From: the human T2T-CHM13v2.0 reference genome, Homo sapiens
Reading direction: 5' to 3' (one strand)
Length of the DNA: 64,000 nucleotides
Assembly: GCF_009914755.1 (NCBI RefSeq)
Contig: NC_060930.1
Part shown: positions 1 through 12,890 of the stretch, in pieces
Layout: each line of letters starts with the position of its first letter
How positions within the stretch are numbered: position 1 is the first letter of the stretch
The notes under the pieces: model-generated
Told to the model about the DNA's origin: nothing
The model's database searches: none
The model's input: the letters and a program-made list of their open reading frames with translations, nothing else
Translations under genes and position numbers: made by a program

Positions 1-249
1 TCCTCCAACATTTGAAAAATCTTTAAAGTTAACTCACATAAACACACTAAAGAAAGTAAATCACATTATTATCTTAATAAGCTCAATACCTATTTATTCG
101 GAAAACTCCTAGAAAGCAAAGAATAGTTGGGAACTTCCTTAGTTGAGTAAAGGTTAAACACCAAAATTTAGTACATAATATATTAACAAGGAACTTTAGA
201 TGATTTTCTTTATGACTAGGAATAAGACAAGGATTTCCACTATTGCTTG

Positions 250-3200
250 ATATAATACTGAAGGCTCTAGCCTGTAATAAAAAGGTAAGAAAAAACATTT
301 GTGGTAAGAAAGAGACACAACTTGATGTTTCTGACATTAATGTCTATTTAAGAAAACCAGTGAAATAAAAAATATAAACTATTAGAATTAACAAGGGAAT
401 TTATAAATATTACTAATCGTATTTAACTGCATTTCTTCACTTCAGAGACAATCAATGGGAAAACAGACAAAATACGATCTCAATATAGCAATATATATAT
501 ACACATGATATAAGTATGTGTGTGTGCATTCTAGGAACTAGCCTAGGATACATAAGAACTCTATAGAGACACTTTTTTAAACTGTGATAAATTATGTAGA
601 AGATATTTTATTCTCTTGTTTAAATGAGAGATAAACTATGCTCATGGATAAAAAGACTTTACTATTAAAAAATTGAAGTCATAATTTAAAACATTTCTAT
701 ATTAGAAATCTCAGCTCAGGAGGCCTTCATTGAAAATTCTACTAAATATTTAAATAAGCGATAACACCAAAGTTACATAAAATCTTTAGGAAAATAACAA
801 AAGACTCTAACCAAGAAGTTCCGTAAGTTCAACTAACTTGATAATAAAGCCTGGCTAGGATATTACAAAAAAATAAAAACTATAAGCCAATATTATTCCC
901 TAAAAGAGATACAAACATTCTAACAAAAAAAAATAGTAAGCCAAATTCAGTGAAATATGACCCCATTGGTTGTGTTCCACAATTAAAAGCATGTTTAACA
1001 CTTTTTAATGTAAAAAAAACTATGTAATTATCATAAAAGTTACAAAAAGAATATTTGATAAATGTCAAATATATATTCAAGTTTTTAAAACCTGTTAGAA
1101 AACTAGAACTAATTTAACCTAAAACAAACATCATGAATGGTGGATTACTGAAAATTGCTCTCAGTGGTCATGAATGAAATACAGAGATCTTTTTTTTATC
1201 ATTACCTCTATTCAGTATTATAGTAGAAGCAAAATCCATCAATATTCACAGACAATGCAAATGTACACATAACATATACAAAATGTTAAAGATATATTCT
1301 TAAAATTCAATAAGTACAACAAAGAGAAAATGATTTTAAAAATACCATTTAAAATGGCATGAAAAAATCAAATAACTAAGAATAAATCTGAAAAAATACA
1401 AGATCTGTACAAAAAATTATAAAATGTTATTGACAGAAATGAAATAGACTTAAATAACTAGAGAGCTATACCAGATTAGTGGGTCAGAAGACTTAATTTA
1501 AAATGATGCCAATTTTCTCCAAACCAAAGCACAGCTAATCAAAATTCCAGGAGGACTTTTGAGGAAGTTGATAAGTTAATTCTAAAATGCATGTGAAAAT
1601 TCAAAGTGCTAAACTTAAAGAGGAATAATAAATTGAGAGAACTTGTTCTAAAGCAGTAGTTATCAAATTTGGCTGTGTGTTATAATCATCAGGAAGATTT
1701 TCAAAAACTGATGGTGATGCCTTACCTTTTACATAATTAAATCTTTACCTCTTGAGGAGAAACCTATGCATTTATATTTTAAAATCAATCCAGGTATTTT
1801 TATTTCACAACCAAGTTTGAGAACCATGGCTCTGTAGCATATTATTAAATATAATCTAATAGAAAGTATATATTAGATATTGCATATCCACATTATTTAA
1901 GACAGGAAAAATTGATGTAAGGATAGCAAGTAGATGAATAGAACAGCATAAAAGGGAAAAGACCCAGGCATGTATGGACACTATTTCTGAGTAAGGTTAA
2001 CAGAGTAAGATGATAGAGAAAAGGCAGCTTTTCAATAAATGTCACTGCACCAATTGACTCTGTAGAAGAGAAAAATAAATATTGCTCTCAACTTCAAACC
2101 ATATACAAAAACATAAACCCAGATAGACTACAGATCTGAAGGTGAGGGTAAACAATAGGATTTCTAGAAGATAATACATATTTTCATGAACTTAGGGTAA
2201 AGAAAAAAATTGTTGACAACACAGAAAAAGGAAAATATAAACTGACTACACTAACACGAAAGTGGAAAACTTTCGTCCATTAAAAGACACAATTTTGAAA
2301 ATAAAATATGAAACTATAGACTAAGAAAGTAATTTGCAACACAGAAAATTGACAAAGAGTAAATATCCCAAATATATATATACACATAAACTCCATCAAA
2401 TCAATAACAAAAATGTATAAAATTCAACAGAAAAATGAGCAAGAAATATAAACCACCTCTGCAAAAAAGAGTATTTCCAAAAATCCAAGAAATATATGAA
2501 AAGGTGCTCAATCTTATTAGTCATCAAGGAGATGAAAACTAAAACCATGAGCTACCACTATACTCTTGCCAGAATGACTAAAATTAAGAAGACTGATAAT
2601 ATCGTGTTACTAAGCATATGAGTTAATTGGAACACAAATATACTGCTTGTAGGAAAGTAAATTGGATTACTTAAGAAACTTGCTTTTCATTAGTTTCCAA
2701 GGGTGAATGTACACACACAATATGACATAGTAATCCTACTTACTTTTATGCCCTACTTAATGCATATACACGTAGGCACACATGTACAAGAATTTTCATG
2801 ACAAAATTACTGGAAACTCCAAGCCAGAAATAATCCAAATGCCTATTGGCAGTAGAATTAATACATAAATTGTAGTATATTCATCTAATGGAATAACATA
2901 CACTGAAAATGAATGAACTATATATAAAACAGCATGGATTAGTTTCACAAATATAATGTTAAACAGATATACCAACCAGAAAAGAATACATACTGTAATT
3001 TTCCATTTATGTAAGGGTCATAAATGGACAAAAGTCATGATAGTGGTTACACTTGAGGGAGATAGTATATAATGACTGAGAAAGAGCACAGGATAGGGCT
3101 TCTGGAATACTTGGAATTTTCTATTTCTGGACCAGGGTGGCAGTTACATGAATGTGTTTACACTGTGAAAATGATCAAGGTATTTAGTTTTTTCCCTCTT
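250..3200 (+). mobile_element. Ancient L1M (L1ME/MC-like) ORF2 and 3' UTR remnants
   Basis: A-rich degenerate L1 ORF2 motifs (e.g. ggaataagacaagga near 218, atatgaaaaggtgctcaatcttattagtcatcaaggagatgaaaactaaaacc at ~2495) and an L1M-type 3' UTR to ~3190. No open ORF; boundaries approximate. Confidence 0.6.
1652..1832. mobile_element. MER5-like hAT-Charlie MITE
   Basis: Ends cagtagttatcaaa ... tttgagaaccatgg resemble MER5 terminal inverted repeats; ~180 bp. Confidence 0.55.
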
Positions 3201-3404
3201 AATTGAAGTAAAACATAGTAGTAAAATAATAAGGTATGAAGAAGATGGTCTGGACACATAGAGGGACATACTACATTCTTTCTTAAAACAATATAGAATG
3301 TCAATTCTTTCCAACTTAATCTACCAAATCAATAAATCCAATAAAAATCCCAGTTAGATTTCTTATAGAATCAATTGATTTAATAAAAACTCATTGAAAA
3401 AGTT

Positions 3405-4232
3405 ATGAGATATTATCTCACTTCAGTTAAAATAGCTTTTATCAAAAAGATAAAAAATAATGGATGTTTGAGAGGATGTGGAGAAAAGGGAACGTTTATA
3501 CTCGATGGGAATGTATATCAGTACAGTCACTATGAGAAACAGTGTGAAGTTTTCACACACACACACACACAAAAATAGAACTACTTACAACCTAGTAATC
3601 CCACTGCTGGATATATATTCAAAAGAAAAGATATCAATATATTACAGATACCTGCATTCACATGTTTTTACAATAGCCAAAATATGAAATCAACTTAAAT
3701 GTCCATCAACAGATGAATAGACAAATAAAATGTGGAATATTATTCAGCCATAAAAAAGAATGAAATCCTGTCATTTGCAACAACATGGATAGAACTGAAG
3801 GACATTAGGTTAAGTGAAATAAGCCAGGCACAGAAAGACAAATATCACATGTTCTCATTAATTTGTGGGAGCTAAAAAAATTGATATCATGGAGATAGAG
3901 AGTAGAATGATGGCTACCAGGTGCTGGGAAGGGTAGTGGGAGGGGGATAGAGAGGGGTTGGTTGATTAATGGGTACAGAAACACAGTTAAAAGGAATAAG
4001 ATCTAGTGTTTGGTAGTACAATAGGGTGACTATAGCTAAAAATAATTTACTGTATATTTCAAAACAACTAGAGTAGTGGAATTGGAATGTTCCTAACATG
4101 AAGAAATGGTAAAAGTTTGAGGCAATGAATAATATCCCCATTACTCTGACTTGATTATTACACACTGTATCAAAATATCACATGTATCCCATAAATATGT
4201 ATATATATTATGTATCTATAAAAACATTTTTA
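3405..4232 (+). mobile_element. L1MA/L1PB-type 3' fragment
   Basis: ORF2 C-terminal and 3' UTR sequence (aatgaaatcctgtcatttgcaacaacatgg, gattattacacactgtat...cccataaatatgta); internal (CA)n at 3554-3570. Confidence 0.8.
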
Positions 4233-5800
4233 AAGTCTATGAATATCTAAGCCAATTTAGGAAAAAAGGATTGAAAACAAGGGATTGGTCTATACATCAT
4301 TTCTATATTAACATGTATTGCAAGGCCATAGTTACAAAAATAGTGTGTTTGGGGGCAGCTAAGAAAAAAAATAAACTAATGGAATAGAAGAGATATTTTA
4401 GAGACAGACTGATACAGAGGTGAACATATAATATGATTTGAAGGAGGCAACAAAAATCAATGGCGGAAAGATTGTCAGCTTAGCAAATGGTACCTGGAAA
4501 TCAGGTGAACTGTATAGAGAAAACTAAAATTGGATCCCTGTACAATTCATAACATTGTCCTCCAAATAGACTAAAAACTAAATGCAAAATATGAAACCGT
4601 AAAGTTGATAAAAACAACATAGGAAAATATCTTTTTAAAGTAGACATAAAGAAAGACTTTTTACGTAAAGCCTAAAAAACACAAACCATGAGACAAAAAA
4701 TGATTTGGGGCTGGCTTAGAAATAGAGACATTGATAATATGATTATACACGGCAAAACATAGTCTGATTCCAAAAATCAACTTACAAATTAGTTAAATAA
4801 AACTGTACACTAAGCTGATAACAGCCCATATCAATTCATCACCTGCAAGTATGTGTGTGTATATTTTATATATATATATATATAATATATATAAAAACTG
4901 GAGCTGACGTGTTAATCTTTCTTTTACTTTGCAACATAATATGTAATACATTATTTTGTCTACGAACAAGAAAGACCTGCCTACCAACAGTTAAGTTATT
5001 TTCCTGGTAGTTTTGTCTTGATCTGTTTCTACAACTGCTTCAATTCTACCATTCTTGAGGCCAGAAATACACCTACAGAATTATTAATTGTATTCTATGT
5101 ATTCAAACTAACCATGTAAAGATTCTAGGTTGTATATTGGAGGTTATAATGTTCTTTCACCTGAATTAACATAGTGAGTTACACCAAAACTCACTATCTT
5201 ATTATTCAATAAGTTTAATTGAACTCTGAGTTTCAACATCAATTTTTAAAAATTATCTTGTAGCAATAATTTCTATACCTTCAAATTAAAATTTTCATTA
5301 TTTAAGGAATTTGGAGTTAGGCCACTACAGAGTGAGAAAAACATTGGTATAAGCAACATTTAGGAGCTAAAAGTTTGGGAAATATTTGGAAATACTTCTT
5401 TCTAAACACTGTGCCTTTGATAGTTGCTTTTGTTTTAGCAAGCTAAATTTTATTTTTTATATTGTGGAAACATAAATATTGATAACTAAATTTATTATTC
5501 TTGATTACAACCAATTTCAAAGCAAAGGCAGAAATAGTTCACCATTCAAGGCCTACAGAAAGCTCAAGAAGCTTCACTCAATTCCTTATTTCTGTCTGTC
5601 CCAGAGTCCTGTCTAGTTTCTCCCCTCTCCAACACCATTGGCTTTTGACGATTCGTTGGTCAGTTCATTACTTTCTTTTGTGATCGCCTTTCCTTTACCA
5701 GAACTCACATATTTGCTGTTAAAATTCCCCCCCTCCAATTTTCAAAAATGTATACTTTACAAGAATGTTCTAGCCAGTAAAGGTATTGGAGAGTGCTTAC

Positions 5801-5891
5801 CTTCAAGATAGATGCCTGCCTGGATTTCTAGAACCCTGGGTAGGGTCCTGAGGTCAAGGGAGTGGACGAATTCTTCCAGTGATAATGCCAT
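5801..5891 (-). CDS. THEMIS: THEMIS first coding exon (30 codons + 1 nt, phase-1 intron follows)
   Basis: Minus strand reads ATG GCA TTA TCA CTG GAA GAA TTC... = [30 protein letters not shown](G), the N-terminus of human THEMIS. Strong Kozak GCAATGG; consensus donor GAAG|GTAAGC at 5801/5800. Exon 2 not seen in 1-5800, so the intron runs off the window. Confidence 0.97.
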
Positions 5892-6040
5892 TGCTATGCC
5901 TTGGGTAGTTTGTAGACCTGGTGCTCACAGAAACTTGTGGCTTCTGGGTGACACTTGTCTGCAATTGCAGCCCCTGCTCACCATTTCTTCCTCAGGCAGG
6001 CAGGAATGTCACACTACAGCCAGAGTGGGGTGGAGTAGCT
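5892..6040 (-). other. THEMIS: THEMIS 5' UTR part of the exon, bounded by a 3' splice acceptor
   Basis: Minus strand TTTTTTGTCTCCTGCTTCCCCCCTCCCTCTTCATTGTCCTCCCCACATAG|AGCTAC: long pyrimidine tract plus AG at 6042-6041, 149 nt upstream of the ATG. Confidence 0.75.
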
Positions 6041-6320
6041 CTATGTGGGGAGGACAATGAAGAGGGAGGGGGGAAGCAGGAGACAAAAAATGTTATAGCT
6101 CTTTTTGTTCACATTGTGGCTTCATTTCCTTCTGACATTGAAGTTGAACAGGATGGGGGTGGGGTGAACAGACACTGCCCAAAAAATGAGACGTGCTAAG
6201 TAGCGCATTCTGTCCTTTGTTAATCCAGGTGTGCATCTACTATGGTAGCAAAACTGAGGTCAGAGTTGCTTGTGGCTTGCCCACCAACAAAGAACAGGAA
6301 TATAGGACTAAAGTCTAATC
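6041..6320 (-). promoter_or_regulatory. Candidate THEMIS proximal promoter region
   Basis: Unique, locally GC-richer sequence next to the exon; E-box CAGGTG 6226-6231, HMG-box-like CCTTTGTT 6214-6221 and AACAAAG 6286-6292, ETS-like GGAA cores. Not a CpG island. Confidence 0.5.
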
Positions 6321-7001
6321 TTAAAAATGGCACCATGTGAATTCATTATCTCTCTAGTTCATTTCTAAAGCTTGGCTTTGTGCCTTATTTGCATACTGTC
6401 AGTGCCTTTACATTAAAATTGGTAATAAAAGTGCTTTGCATCAGCTCTTTTTAGAATTCTGATACTATACTCTGGAGAGAGTATTGAAACCACTTTTTAT
6501 TCTTCCACATTAAAAATTTTGCTGAATCTTAAAGGAGGGTAGGGTAGGGATAGAATATGCAAAATGATACAGTAAATTAACAAAGTACATTAAAATGAGT
6601 TTTCTAATCTCTACACTATAGTAGAAAGTATTAAAATTACTTGTCAGGAAACCTGCATTTTCTGGGTTTAGTTCTGCTTTTGATTTACAGGCTAACGTCA
6701 GCCTTGTCTTCTCTGATTTTCATTTGTTTTATTTACTAAATGGAGATGAAGTAGAAGAGTCCAATAAATTTTATAATTTCTTCCAAGTTCACAATTCCAC
6801 AATTCTGATCTTATTGTTGAAATTTAGGAGGGGAAATGATCAGCACCAAAGGAAGCAGGAGAAAACTCATGAACATTGATCTCTTCAAAATCCTGCCCCT
6901 CTCTATTTTTTGCATGTAACTGAAACAATATTTAAAATATATACAATTAAAGGTGGTAGTTCCTAAGTCTCTTTAAGGTAAAGTAGAAGAATATTGGTTG
7001 A

Positions 7002-7307
7002 GGCTGGGTACGGTGGCTCATACCTGTAGTCCCAGCACTTTAGGAGGCTGAGGTAGGAGAATTGCTTGAGCCCAAGAATTCAAAACCAGCCTGGGCAACA
7101 TAGTGAGACTTTGTCTCTACAAAAAAATTAAAAAATTAGCCAGGCATGGTGGCACATGCCTGTAGTCCCAGCTGTGAGGAGGCTGAGGAAGGAGGATCAC
7201 TTGAGCCCTGGAGTTTGAGGCTACAGTGAGTTGTGAACATGCCACTGCATTCCAGGCTGAATGACACAGCAAGACTCTGTCTCAAAAAAAAAAAAAAATA
7301 AAAAATA
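7002..7307 (+). mobile_element. AluJ
   Basis: Dimeric Alu with J-type ttgcttgagcccaag; TSD aagaata(t/c)tggttg at 6987-7000 and 7308-7321. Confidence 0.92.
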
Positions 7308-9895
7308 AAGAATACTGGTTGGTATGTATACACTTGAAAGATGACAGGAATCTACACGTTTTCTTTAGTAACCAAACCCAGGCACTTATCTATTAACTGT
7401 TTTGGCCTTAGGCTGCAGAGAGCATAGCCACATACAGAGGGTCAGGGGACATCTCAGTTCTACCATGGCCATCATGTAAATGACCTAGAAAGATAAAAAC
7501 TGCCTAGTTTTGATATGGAGCTTATAAAACTGTTTCAACTCTTTGTAATCCTATTTGACATTTTCAATAATCAGTCCAGCTTCATTTCTTTCTTTATAAA
7601 AGTAGAATTTACGATTGACCACATCAACAGGTTTACTATCATTAGATTCAAATTCCTCACTGGCAACTTTTTTGTCCAAAAATGTCCTACCCTTGATCTG
7701 TCTGCCTTCCATACCCCTCCCCACAGTTTACAGCCTAGTAGTGTATTTCATGTGGATGAATACATGAAAGAGGCTTCTGTGGACTGCTCCTTAAAAATTA
7801 TGAATCCGTTAGAACTGATGCCACAATACATTTCATTTGATATCTAATGCAAGCTGGATATCACTTATTTTTTTAATATTCCCAAGTCAAATTTCTATCC
7901 TACTAGCCAAACAGCCATTTCGTATCACCAATCTCTTACAATTACCTAGGCTCCATCTGCTTCTGCTCTCGCGACAGATGACGCTCTCTCTGTGATAATC
8001 ATCTTCGTATTCTCAGTCTTAATTAATGACACTGCTATTCTCTTAGTTTCCCAAGCCGGAAGGCTTAGAATCATGTGAGATGCCATTTTTTTTCTCTAGC
8101 CGTTAAATCCATCAGGCCCTATAGATGGCAATACTCAGTACCACTCACTCTGTCTTTGCTCTATATCCCCACTGCTACTGCTTTAGACCAGATCGTAATC
8201 ACTTCTGACACACAGGCAAAAAAATCCTGATGTGAGCAGCCAAGTTAAGGTTGACAAAGAAGAGCAATGAGTTCAAGAGTACTTGAATCATCAAGTAAAA
8301 TGAATTATTGAAGTTTGGTCATTAGAACAGCATGTTATAGGTGTAATAATAGATTAACGAGAATTTAAAAAAAAAAACTAGACTGTATATAATAATTTAC
8401 TATTTGAAAAAGGTGAAATTCCAAGGCAGTGGGAAAGAATGTTTTATTCAACAAATGGTTGTTAAATAATTGGGGAGAAAATTTCCCTAACTTTCCATGC
8501 AATGAAATTAAAGTTAGATACATTTTAAAATTAAATTTAAATAAAAATAAACCAGAGGGGAAAAATAGGAAAATGTCTGGAAAAGGGTAAGAAAATAACT
8601 ATTTCTGAGTAGTAATTGAAGGAAAAAACTAATAATATATTTGACAACTAACTTATGAAATACTCCTGTAAATCAAAAAGGAGTTTGAACAAAATAGAAA
8701 AAAAAAAAAGCACATCCTTCAAATAAACAATGGCTTAGGTGGGTAAAGGCCACTTGTTAGTCAATATGCAAAATAAAAATATTCAAAGACTTCTATTTCT
8801 GGCTATGAGCTTGTATCTGACCACGTTTTCTACCAAAGGCACCTAGAAGAGCTGTATACTTTTTAAAAAAGCTGTTTTAAGAAACAAGAGAGCTGTCAGG
8901 GTGCAGAACATGAGAGGCCAAGATCCTGTAAAGCAGAGCAGAACCATTAGAGGAACTCCATATTCTGCACTTCTTTTCCCTCAAGGCTTTTATGGGTTAG
9001 TAACTGGCACCAAGAGAGAGTCTGAGAAGGCAAAAACTGGTGGCTCAGGAGGAGAGAACCTGAGTTGAGTTTTTGGCAGTTTCACATAGCAAAAGAGACC
9101 AAAATAAATTGGACTTTGGGAAGTAGCAATTCCTCCAGGAAAAGTCAGAGAAAGGTATTGCTCAGCACCACTTTTTCCCCTTAAAAATTTTTTGCTCATT
9201 GAAAGCAGTACAGGGTTGATTGTATGAGACACAAACAAGAGCATGGTTGGTAGGAAGCTGAAGAAGCCAAGGAGTGCTTTCAGCAGTCTTGCAGAACTGG
9301 GAAGCCAGGGCCAGCCAAGGAGGGAGCAGGAGTCACAACAAATGCCTGTGTTCTCAGTTGGGGCTCCTGAAGGCTGCTTCCTAAGAGAAAGGGTTGCCTA
9401 TAAATAGAACTAGCTTTACAAAAACTGAAGCTTAGACTAAAATTAGCTCAATCCCTCATTGGATTAAAGTGGTCTGCCCCTATTCTTGCTGCCAGATAGA
9501 AGCAAATGTAAATCCTCCTGTTGAGGAAAAGCAGCCAGAACTTCTGTAATATTTAAAAATACAACATCTATAATTAAGTATGAAATGAATGGGAATGCCA
9601 GAAGACAGGACAGAGAAAGACAGAGAGAAGGGAGACCACAGAAACAAACTCATGGGGTAATTCCGATATTGGAATTATTAGTCCTGCAATTTAAGATAAT
9701 TTTGATAAACATGTTCAAAACTAGAAGACAAGAAGGAGAAAAGAACTGCCATCTATAGAAAGTATCGGATGAAAATTCTAGAGTTAAAAAATACAGTAAC
9801 TGAAATTAAAAATTCAATAATTGGTTTTAACAGCAAATGGGACATACAGTAAGAGAGGATTGTTGAACTGGAAATGGGAGCGTAGGAAATATCTG

Positions 9896-9945
9896 CTCTC
9901 TCTCTTTCTCTCTCACTCTCTCTCTCTCTATCTATCTATCTCTGT
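9896..9945. repeat. (TC)n(TCTA)n microsatellite
   Basis: Directly visible. Confidence 0.85.
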
Positions 9946-10889
9946 GTCTCTGCAGAGAGATATTTCAGCCATAGTGGAAAGATCTTATATGTAAACTGAG
10001 TCCCAACGTGAGAGGAGAAATAATAGTGGGAGAAGAAATATTTTAAGAGATAATAGCTGAAGATTTTCCAAAGTTGAAAAAGGCATCAATCCATAGATTC
10101 AAGCCTTGCCAACACCACCAAGGAGGATAAATGCAAAAGAAGGCACACTAAGGAACATCATACTAAAACGTTAAAAAGCCAAAGTCAAAGAGAATATCTT
10201 AAATGCACTCTGAAGAAAAGAAATTGTCACTTTCAAAGGATCACCAATAAGATGATAGCTGACTTACTAACAAAAACCAATAAGGGTAGAACACAATGGA
10301 ATACCATCATTAAAATGCTGAAAGAAACCAACTACCAACTTGATATTCTAAATCCAGAGACGCATGAAAGCAACAGCAAAATAAAGACATTTTCAGACAA
10401 ACAAAAACTAAGAAAATTCATCACCAGTAAACTCTCACTAAAAGAAATACTATAAAGGGTGTTCTGCAGGCGAAAGTAAAATGATCTCAGACAGAAAGTC
10501 AAGACCACAGGAAGGAATGAAGAGGGTGAATATGTCAGTGAACTGAATATATTGAGTTCCCAAAACAATAATTAATGGCTTGTGGAGTTTTGAATATATC
10601 TGCACTATATATAGTTCATGCAATATATTGTAAAATATAGCAGTAATGCAAAAGCAAAACTGATAATGAAGTTAAAATGTTCTAAAGCATTAGCCTTCTA
10701 GAGAAGTTGCAAAAGTGATGTTTAATATCAGAGTTAAATAAATAAAAACACATGTAATTTCTAGGAAAGCCACTAAAAATGGTAAATGGATAAAATTAAT
10801 TAATCCAAAAAAGACGAGAAAGAAAAGAAAAAGAACCTCAAAATTGCTAGCAAACATTATGATGGTATACATAAACTCAATTATACTCT

Positions 10890-11010
10890 TAAAATAATTT
10901 AAATGAAATAATTACATTTAAATGAAATAATTTAAATGTAATTAAATGAAATAATTTAAATGTAATTTAAATTAAATAATTTAAATGAAATAATTTTTAC
11001 AAATAAAAAT
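10890..11010. repeat. AT-rich degenerate tandem repeat (aaataatttaaatg-like unit)
   Basis: Unit aaataatttaaatg recurs several times. Confidence 0.8.
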
Positions 11011-12291
11011 TAAATAGTTTAATAGTTCAAGTAATAAACTAATGTTGGCAGATAACATTTAAACACATAAATCTACTTAAAAATATACAATTTAGTTATA
11101 AGTTTATAGAAAGTCTAAAGATGAAAAAATGGGAAAATAAATACCATAAGACATTAAGCAAAAGAAAGCTCATGAAACTACATCAATATTACATCAATTA
11201 GATTTAAAGACAAGAAGGATTATAAAAGATAATAAGGTTATTTGTTTAATAATGAAAGGGTGACCAATTCTTAAAGAAAATTCACAGCTTTCAATAATAT
11301 ACCTTCAAAATATCTAAAGCAAAATTGACCAAATGAATGGAATCAGAGTAAAAACCAACCTGACAGAAAAAGCAAATATTTATTTCATAAAATTCATACT
11401 GTTAATGGTGCAATGTTTAGTCACTCATCTATATTACAAACTGTTGTGATCTATCTTGAAATCAATTTGATGTAGCAATTTCACATTTAGATATAATCAG
11501 ATACACACAAAGATTTATTTATACCATCAACTGAAGCATTTATTACTTTAATGACCAAAAAAAGGAGGAGAAAAGAAAAGAAAATGCATTTCACATTACC
11601 CTAATAATTCAAACAGGGAAGTTCCTGTTGGAAAAAAAATATTGTCCTCACACCAGTCTTGCTACTACTTAACACATCTTTTTAAAATTTCTGCTAAAGA
11701 ACAGAGATGGACTTGGCTATGAAATGATGATTAAATTATAGTTAGTATCATTATTGCCAATGATTTCTATCCCAAGAGAAGTATTGTTGAAAAGAAAAAG
11801 AAAAGAAAAATGGCTCAAAGCAAACTTTACGTAAAATACCAATTCGTTTGTTAGATTCTCTATAGCTGCTTTCCTAAAAAGTAAGTAGAACTGTCTGAAT
11901 GTTAAAAAACAAAAAAAAAAATTCACAAGCAGAGAAATAAGCTTCAGCAGTAGAGGCTTAAAACTATATTATAATATTTCAGTGCAATGTAATATTTCTT
12001 TGAGTAAAGAATAAACCCTTATCTCCAAGTAGATAGTATCGGAAAAAAACAAAAACGAAGAAATCTTAGAGATTATTCTGACTGGTATCTAAATCGTTCA
12101 TTCTCTGAAACTTTCTTTTCATTGGTTATTTCTAAAGAAGAAAAAATTAGGCTTATAGGAATCACTCCTGTGATTTTGGATTAACCAAAAGGTGCCATTT
12201 ATTGGTTCGTCATTGAAAGGTTTACAGCATTTCTACCTACAAAATAAGCTTGCTCTGGGGAATCATACAATACCATTAGGGCATTAGGCTC

Positions 12292-12294
<3 letters not shown>

Positions 12295-12333
<39 letters not shown>
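12295..12333. repeat. Pure T39 homopolymer
   Basis: 39 uninterrupted T. Confidence 0.95.
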
Positions 12334-12335
<2 letters not shown>

Positions 12336-12795
12336 ATGAGCGACATTTCAGGGATATCCTGCTGTTGTGTGACACCTGGCAGCTCAAGATTTGTATCTCA
12401 TAGATTCAAGTGCAATGGAAGAGACTACCTTCTCCTAGTTATACCTGGAAAAGTCCCAGGATAAGCTGTGATTGATCAAACTTGGCTCACATGTATATGT
12501 CTCAGCCAATCATTATGACTAGAAAATGAAATATGCTAATTTCCCATAATTTCAGGTTCACGGGCTCTACTTTGGATTTTATTAGGCAGTTGTCTCAGCT
12601 AAATCACAAAAAGTGTTGGAAGAGGAGATATATCAAAGGGAAATAAGTGAGCTAATTACCCAAAAGAGAAGGAATGGGTATGTGATAAACAAAATCATAG
12701 TACACCCACCAAAAATGTTCCCAGTGCCATAAATGGCTTCCATTTGAAATACCTTGATCACCATTCTCTTCTGTCTCCAACCATATGTACATTCT

Positions 12796-12890
12796 TCTTT
12801 TTATTTTATTTTATTTTTTTGAGATGGAATCTTGCTCTGTTGCAGCACCCAGCTAATTTTTTATATTTTTAGTAAAGACGGGGTTTCATT
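12796..12890 (-). mobile_element. Collapsed Alu fragment
   Basis: T-rich tail + gagatggaatcttgctctgttgc joined directly to cacccagctaattttttatatttttagtaaagacggggtttca. Confidence 0.8.

Larger units (their letters stand above)
8790..11340 (+). mobile_element. Ancient L1M 5' region with ORF1 remnant and start of ORF2
   Basis: ORF 10252-10455 (IKTFSDKQKLRKFITSKLSLKEIL) resembles the L1 ORF1p C-terminus; endonuclease-like DNA near 11100-11330. Confidence 0.7.

Noticed and set aside
5812-6199. Plus-strand ORFs of 82 and 92 aa over the THEMIS exon
   Set aside because: Antisense shadows of the real exon; no recognisable protein.
10890-11010. CRISPR-like or functional repeat array
   Set aside because: Low-complexity AT slippage repeat within an L1 remnant; no spacers; eukaryotic context.
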